Shown here: piece after piece, positions 58,701 through 64,000 of the stretch
How positions within the stretch are numbered: position 1 is the first letter of the stretch
How the letters are laid out: each line of letters starts with the position of its first letter
NCBI GenBank assembly: GCA_964016885.1
Contig: OZ024744.1
Coordinates: 19,654,001 to 19,718,000, forward strand
From: Eledone cirrhosa
Taxonomy: Eukaryota
DNA length: 64,000 nucleotides
Direction: 5' to 3'
Position numbers and translations under genes: made by a program
The notes under the pieces: generated by a model
Seen by the model: the letters and a program-made list of their open reading frames with translations, nothing else
The model's database searches: none
What the model was told of the DNA's origin: nothing

Positions 58701-61390
58701 AATGGAAAAAGGTGAGTGTTGCCACACATGGGAGTCGAACCCACATATTTGGTTATCCAGACTACAGAGCTACCATTACTCCAATACACATCCCATCTCC
58801 TTCCATTCGAAATAGAAGCTATGAACTAAGCAAGTGAATGATAAAGAAGCAAATTATAAACGTAAACATGTAAGTATGTTTTTGAAACGGTGCGCTCGTT
58901 TGAAATTAGAAATTAGAAATTATAAACTTTCACCGTATTTTAGACTAAAGAAATTTATAGCTTGATAGTGTGGATTATAACCCTCGGAGAAATGGAAAAA
59001 GGTGAGTGTTGCCATACCTGGGAGTCGAACCCACATCTTTGGTTATCCAGACCACTGTGCTACCATTAGACCAATACACATCCCATCTCCATCCATTCGA
59101 ATTAGAAGCTATGAACTTAGCAAGTGAATGATAAACAAGCAAATTATAAACGTAAACATGTAAGTATGTTTTTGAAACGGTGCGCGAGTTTGAAAGTAGA
59201 AATTAGATATTATACGCTTTCACCTGATTTTAGACTAAAGAAATGTATAGCTTGATAGTGGGGTTTATAACCCTAGGAGAAATGGAAAAATATGAGTGTT
59301 GCCATACATGGGAGTCGAACCCACATATTTGGTTATCCAGACCACTGTGCTACCATTACACGAATACACATCCCATCTCCTTGCATTCGAATTAGAAGCT
59401 ACGAAGTTAGCAAGTGAATGATAAACAAGCAAATTATAAACGTAAACATGTAAGTATGTTTTTGAAACGGTGCGCGAGTTTGAAATTAGAAATTAGAAAT
59501 TATAAGCTTTCACCGTATTTTAGAAGAAAGAAATGTATATCTTGATAGTGGGGTTTATAACCCTCGGAGAAATGGAAAAAGATGTGTGTTGCCATACCTG
59601 GAAGTCGAACCCACATCTTTGGTTATCCAGTCCACTGTGCTACCATTACACCAATACACATCCCTTCTCCTTCCATTCGAATTAGAAGCTATGAACTTAG
59701 CAAGTGAATGATAAACAAGCAAATTATAAACGTAAACATGTAAGTATGTTTTTGAAACGGTGCGCGAGTTTGAAATTAGAAGTTAGAAATTATAAGCTTT
59801 CACCGGATTTTAGACTAAAGAAATTTATAGCTTGATAGTGGGGTTCATAACCCTCGGAAAAATGGAAAACGATGAGTGTTGCCACACATGGGAGTCGAAC
59901 CTACATATTTGGTTATCCAGACCACTGTGCTACCATTACACCAATACACATCCCTTCTCCTTCCATTCGAATTAGAAGCTATGAAGTTAGTAAGTGAATG
60001 ATAAACAAGCAAATTATAAACGTAAACATGTAAAAATGTTATTGAAACGGTGCGCGAGTTTGAAATTAGAAATTAGAAATTATAAGCTTTCACCGTATTT
60101 TAGACTAAAGAAATTTCTAGCTTGATAGTGGGGATTATAACCTTCGGAGAAATGGAAAAAAATGAGTGTTGCCATACATGGGAGTCGAACCCACCTATTT
60201 CGTTATCCAGACCACTGTGCTACCATTACACGAATACACATCCCATCTCCTTGCATTCGAATTAGAAGCTACGAAGTTAGCAAGTGAATGATAAACAAGC
60301 AAATTATAAACGTAAACATGTATGTTTTTGAAACGGTGCGCGAGTTTGAAATTAGAAATTAGAAATTATAAGCTTTCACCGTATTTTAGAATAAAGAAAT
60401 TTATAGCTTGATAGTGGGGTTTATAACCCTCGGAGAAATGGAAAAAGATGAGTGTTGCCATACATGGGAGTCGAACCCACATCTTTGGTTATCCAGTCCA
60501 CTGTCCTACCATTAGACCAATACACATCCCATCTTCTTCCATTCGAATTAGAAGCTATGAACTTAGCAAGTGAATGATAAACAAGCAAATTATAAACGTA
60601 AACATGTAAGTTACTTTTTAAAACGGTGCGTGAGTTTGAAATTAGAAATTAGAAATTATAAGCTTTCACAGGATTTTAGAATAAAGAAATGTATAGCTTG
60701 ATAATGGGGATTATAACCCTCGGAGAAATGGAAAAAGATGAGTGTTGCCATACATGGGAGTCGAACCCACACGTTTGGTTATCCAGACCACTGAGCTACC
60801 ATTACATCAATACACATCCCATTTCCTTCCATTCGAAATAGAAGCTACGAACTTAGCAAGTGAATGATAAACAAGCAAATTATATACTTATACATGTAAG
60901 TATATTTTTGAAACGGTGCGTGAGTTTGAAATAAGAAATTAGAAATTATAAGCTCTCACCGTATTTGAGACTAAAGAAATTTATAGCCTGATAATGGGGA
61001 TTATAACCCTCGGAGAAATGGAAAAAGATGAGTGTTGCCATACATGGGAGTCGAACCCACATCTTTGGTTATCCAGACCAATGTCCTACCATTACATCAA
61101 TACACATCCCATTTCCTTCCATTCGAAATAGAAGCTACGAAGTTAGCAAGTGAATAATAAACAAGCAAATTATAAACGTAAACATGTAAGTATTTTTTTG
61201 AAACGGTGCACGATTTTGAAATTAAAAATGAGAAATTATAAGCTTTCACCGTATTTTAAACTAAAGAAATTTATAGCCTGATTTATATCCCTCGGAAAAT
61301 GGAAAACGATCAGTGTTGCCATACATGTGAGTCGCACACACACCTTTGGTTATCCAGACCACTGTGCTACCTATTACATCAATACACATT
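49800..61390. repeat. ~5.78-kb duplicated block of more diverged monomers near the array edge
   Basis: ORFs at 50884/56663 (offset 5,779) and the degenerate monomer gcctgatttatatccctcggaaaat at 55501/61281 (offset 5,780). Internal markers are offset by ~6,360, implying whole-monomer indels between the copies. Confidence 0.85.
51499..51569 (-). pseudogene. Representative consensus-like tRNA-like copy (D stem GTGT/GCAC, tRNA-Gln-like D arm)
   Basis: TGGTGTAATGGTAGCAC closely resembles the eukaryotic tRNA-Gln D arm (TGGTGTAATGGTTAGCAC). Box B GGTTCGACTCC is intact. Confidence 0.75.
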
Positions 61391-62544
61391 CCATTTCCTT
61401 CCATTCGAATTAGAAGCTGTGAAATTAGCAAGTGAATGATAAACAAACATATTATAAACGTAAACATGTAAGTATGTTTTTGAAACGGTGCACGATTTTG
61501 AAATTAGAAATGAGAAATTATAAGCTTTCACCGTATTTTAGACTAAAGAAATGTATAGCTTGATAGTGGGGTTTATAACCCTAGGAGAAATGGAAAAAGA
61601 TGAGTGTTGCCATACCTGGGAGTCGAACCCACATCTTTGGTTATCCAGACCACTGTGCTACCATTACACGAATACACATCCCATCTCCTTCCATTCGAAT
61701 TAGAAGCTACGAAGTTAGCAAGTGAATAATAAACAAGCAAATTATAAACGTAAACATGTAAGTATTTTTTTGAAACCATGCGCCAGTTTGAAATTGGAAA
61801 TTAAAAATGATAAGCTTTCACCATATTTTAGACTAAAGAAATTTATAGGTTGATAGTGGTGTTTATAACTCTCGGAGAAATGGAAAAAAATGAGTGTTGC
61901 CATACATGGGAGTCGAACCCACATACTTGGTTATCCAGACCACTGTGCTACCATTACACCAATACACATCCCATCTCCTTCCATTCGAATTAGAAGCTAT
62001 GAACTTAGCAAGTGAATGATAAACAAGCAAATTATAAACGTAAACATGTAAGTATGTCTTTGAAACGGTGCGCGAGTTTGAAATTAGAAATTAGAAATTA
62101 TAAGCCTTCACCGTATTTTACACTAAAGAAGTTTCTAGCCTGATAGTGGGGTTTATATCCCTCGGAGAAATTGAAAACGATGAGTGTTGCCATACATGTG
62201 AGTCGCACCCACACCTTTGGTTATCCAGACCACTGTGCTACCTATTACATCAATACACATTCCATTTCCTTCCATTCGAATTAGAAGCTGTGAAATTAGC
62301 AAGTGAATGATAAACAAACATATTATAAACGTAAACATGTAAGTATGTTTTTGAAACGGTGCACGATTTTGAAATTAGAAAATAGAAATTATAAGCTTTC
62401 ACCGTATTTTAGACTAAAGAAATTTATAGCTTGATAGTGGGGATTATAACCCTTAGGAGAAATGTAAAAAGATGAGTGCTGCCATACATGGGAGTCGAAC
62501 CCACATCTTTGTTTATCCAGACCACTGTCCTACCATTACACCAC

Positions 62545-62702
<158 letters not shown>

Positions 62703-62764
62703 TGAAACAAAATGAAAACGAAATTTCATTTCTCACTCTTAGTATGGCACTTACTTAAATGTAA

Positions 62765-62880
62765 GTATGCATGTATACGTACATACATATGTGTATACAG
62801 ACGTACAGTAGCATGCACATATATATATATATATACATATATATATACATATGCATACAGGTACACATACATATATGCAC
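62765..62880. repeat. Degenerate (TA)/(TACA) low-complexity tract
   Basis: catatatatatatatatacatatatatatacatatgcatac and similar sequence. Confidence 0.8.
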
Positions 62881-63117
62881 GTATCAGTTTAGCGGCGCTA
62901 ACGTCGCTTTGTTCGTTTGTAAACAAACTGAACAGCCTGAATTTATGCCATACGGTGTTAAGGCAACCACGTCACCTTTTTGTTCAACACTGACACAGGA
63001 ACGATGTACTAGTTTCAAGCTTGTTAGCTATCATCAGCACCGTTTACCCATCTGCCAGATAGTTGAACGTTCGAAAGTATATACTTTCCTTATGAAAATT
63101 AACGGCTGAGCAGCCTA

Positions 63118-63185
63118 ATTTGCATATTGAGTGAGTTAAATCGGTCAGGCATACCGAAAACGATAAATTTAACTCACTCAATATG

Positions 63186-63190
<5 letters not shown>
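63118..63190. repeat. Perfect 24-bp inverted repeat with 25-bp spacer
   Basis: ATTTGCATATTGAGTGAGTTAAAT (63118-63141) and its exact reverse complement ATTTAACTCACTCAATATGCAAAT (63167-63190). Confidence 0.95.

Positions 63191-63217
<27 letters not shown>
63189..63217. repeat. Short (TA)n microsatellite
   Basis: About 14 TA units directly after the inverted repeat. Confidence 0.95.
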
Positions 63218-63220
<3 letters not shown>

Positions 63221-64000
63221 TTAAAGATACTATTTATGGTTATGTATATACTAAAACCTTTTATAGTTATATATATTTTAAACCCTAAACAGTGAAAGAC
63301 AGTAATTTATTACTACCTTATTACCAGTAAGATAAATAGCTCTATGTAGTAACATCAGTTGTTCTACAGAGCGGTTATATAGAAATTTCATGAATCAAAG
63401 TTCTGTTCAAATCATTTATTCGCTTACAATTGTTCCTTCCAAACCGAAGTTTGGAGTCTTCGCAGCAATTCTTCAATAATTGTTTACATACTTGACCTCG
63501 TTTTCAACACAAGAGACATACAGAAACATATGTATATATTGATGCACAGTGGGTTGACATCCATTATAATATTTAAGCATGGCAGTTTACATTCAAAGTT
63601 TAAAGTCATATTAAAAGAAAATTACAACAAAATTAAATTATAATACAACATTGGCAGTTTACGATGATGATGCAGGAGGATAGTTAGAAGTAGTTAGTTA
63701 CACGTGGGGCATGCACGTGTGTCCTATTTGTATAAGATTATAGTGCGGTAAGGTGTTATATGGAATATAAGCACTTTAAGCGGGCAATCAAGAGTATTAT
63801 GGGTGTAGTATAGTATTTTATATGTATGATATAGAAGCTTGTGTGCAGAGAAATATTTAAAATATTAAGAATGAGAAGCAAAACAGTGTTATGGTTTTTT
63901 GTATACACCACCATTTTCACAATCCAGGAAACGTAATATATAGATTATATGTCCTTCACATAATCTACGATGATTCAATATTGGATGCTTGATGAATTAG

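Larger units (their letters stand above)
1..62543. repeat. Tandem satellite array, 290-bp monomer, about 215 copies in the window, probably continuing beyond the left edge
   Basis: The motif g(a/c)gaaatgga recurs at 1, 291, 581, 871, 1162 and so on, always in the same orientation. Variants of 283 bp lack one AGAAATT unit and variants of 291 bp have a 1-nt insertion. Copy number estimated as 62,543/290. Confidence 0.99.
24..62543 (-). ncRNA. Array of tRNA-like (tRNA-derived) Pol III cassettes, one per monomer
   Basis: The minus strand of each monomer reads approximately TGTGTAT TG GTGT AATGGTA GCAC A GTGGT CTGGATA ACCAA AGAT GTGGG TTCGACT CCCAT GTATGGC A. This gives tRNA arm spacing, GG in the D loop and a TTCGA T loop, followed by a T4-T6 run. 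Whether it is transcribed is unknown. Confidence 0.8.

Noticed and set aside
1-62543. CRISPR array or rDNA/5S array interpretation
   Set aside because: There are no unique spacers, since whole monomers repeat. I see no resemblance to 5S or other rRNA, and the promoter is the A/B type rather than A/C.
63700-63720. Paired CACGTG (E-box/G-box) motifs
   Set aside because: Short motifs with no associated gene in the window; no function can be supported.

Overview
Eukaryotic, AT-rich, non-coding window. Bases 1 to ~62,543 are one head-to-tail satellite array of about 215 monomers of 290 bp (variants of 283-291 bp), organised into nested higher-order repeats: 7-, 10- and 20-monomer blocks plus one nearly perfect 10,122-bp (35-monomer) tandem duplication. 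The main observation is that every monomer carries, on the minus strand, a tRNA-like cassette with Pol III box A, box B and a downstream oligo-T terminator. Its cloverleaf has canonical D, anticodon and T arm spacing but a defective acceptor stem. It is enclosed by a 14-bp terminal stem that pairs fully only on the minus strand (via G.U), and one common monomer family shows a compensatory base-pair swap in the D stem. The array ends at the 5' edge of box A, against a (TA)n microsatellite. A ~490-bp palindrome-rich segment with a perfect 24-bp inverted repeat and then unique AT-rich DNA follow. No credible protein-coding gene is present; all listed ORFs are by-products of the repeats. The organism and any transcription cannot be determined from sequence alone. 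Coordinates were counted by eye, and block boundaries are approximate.
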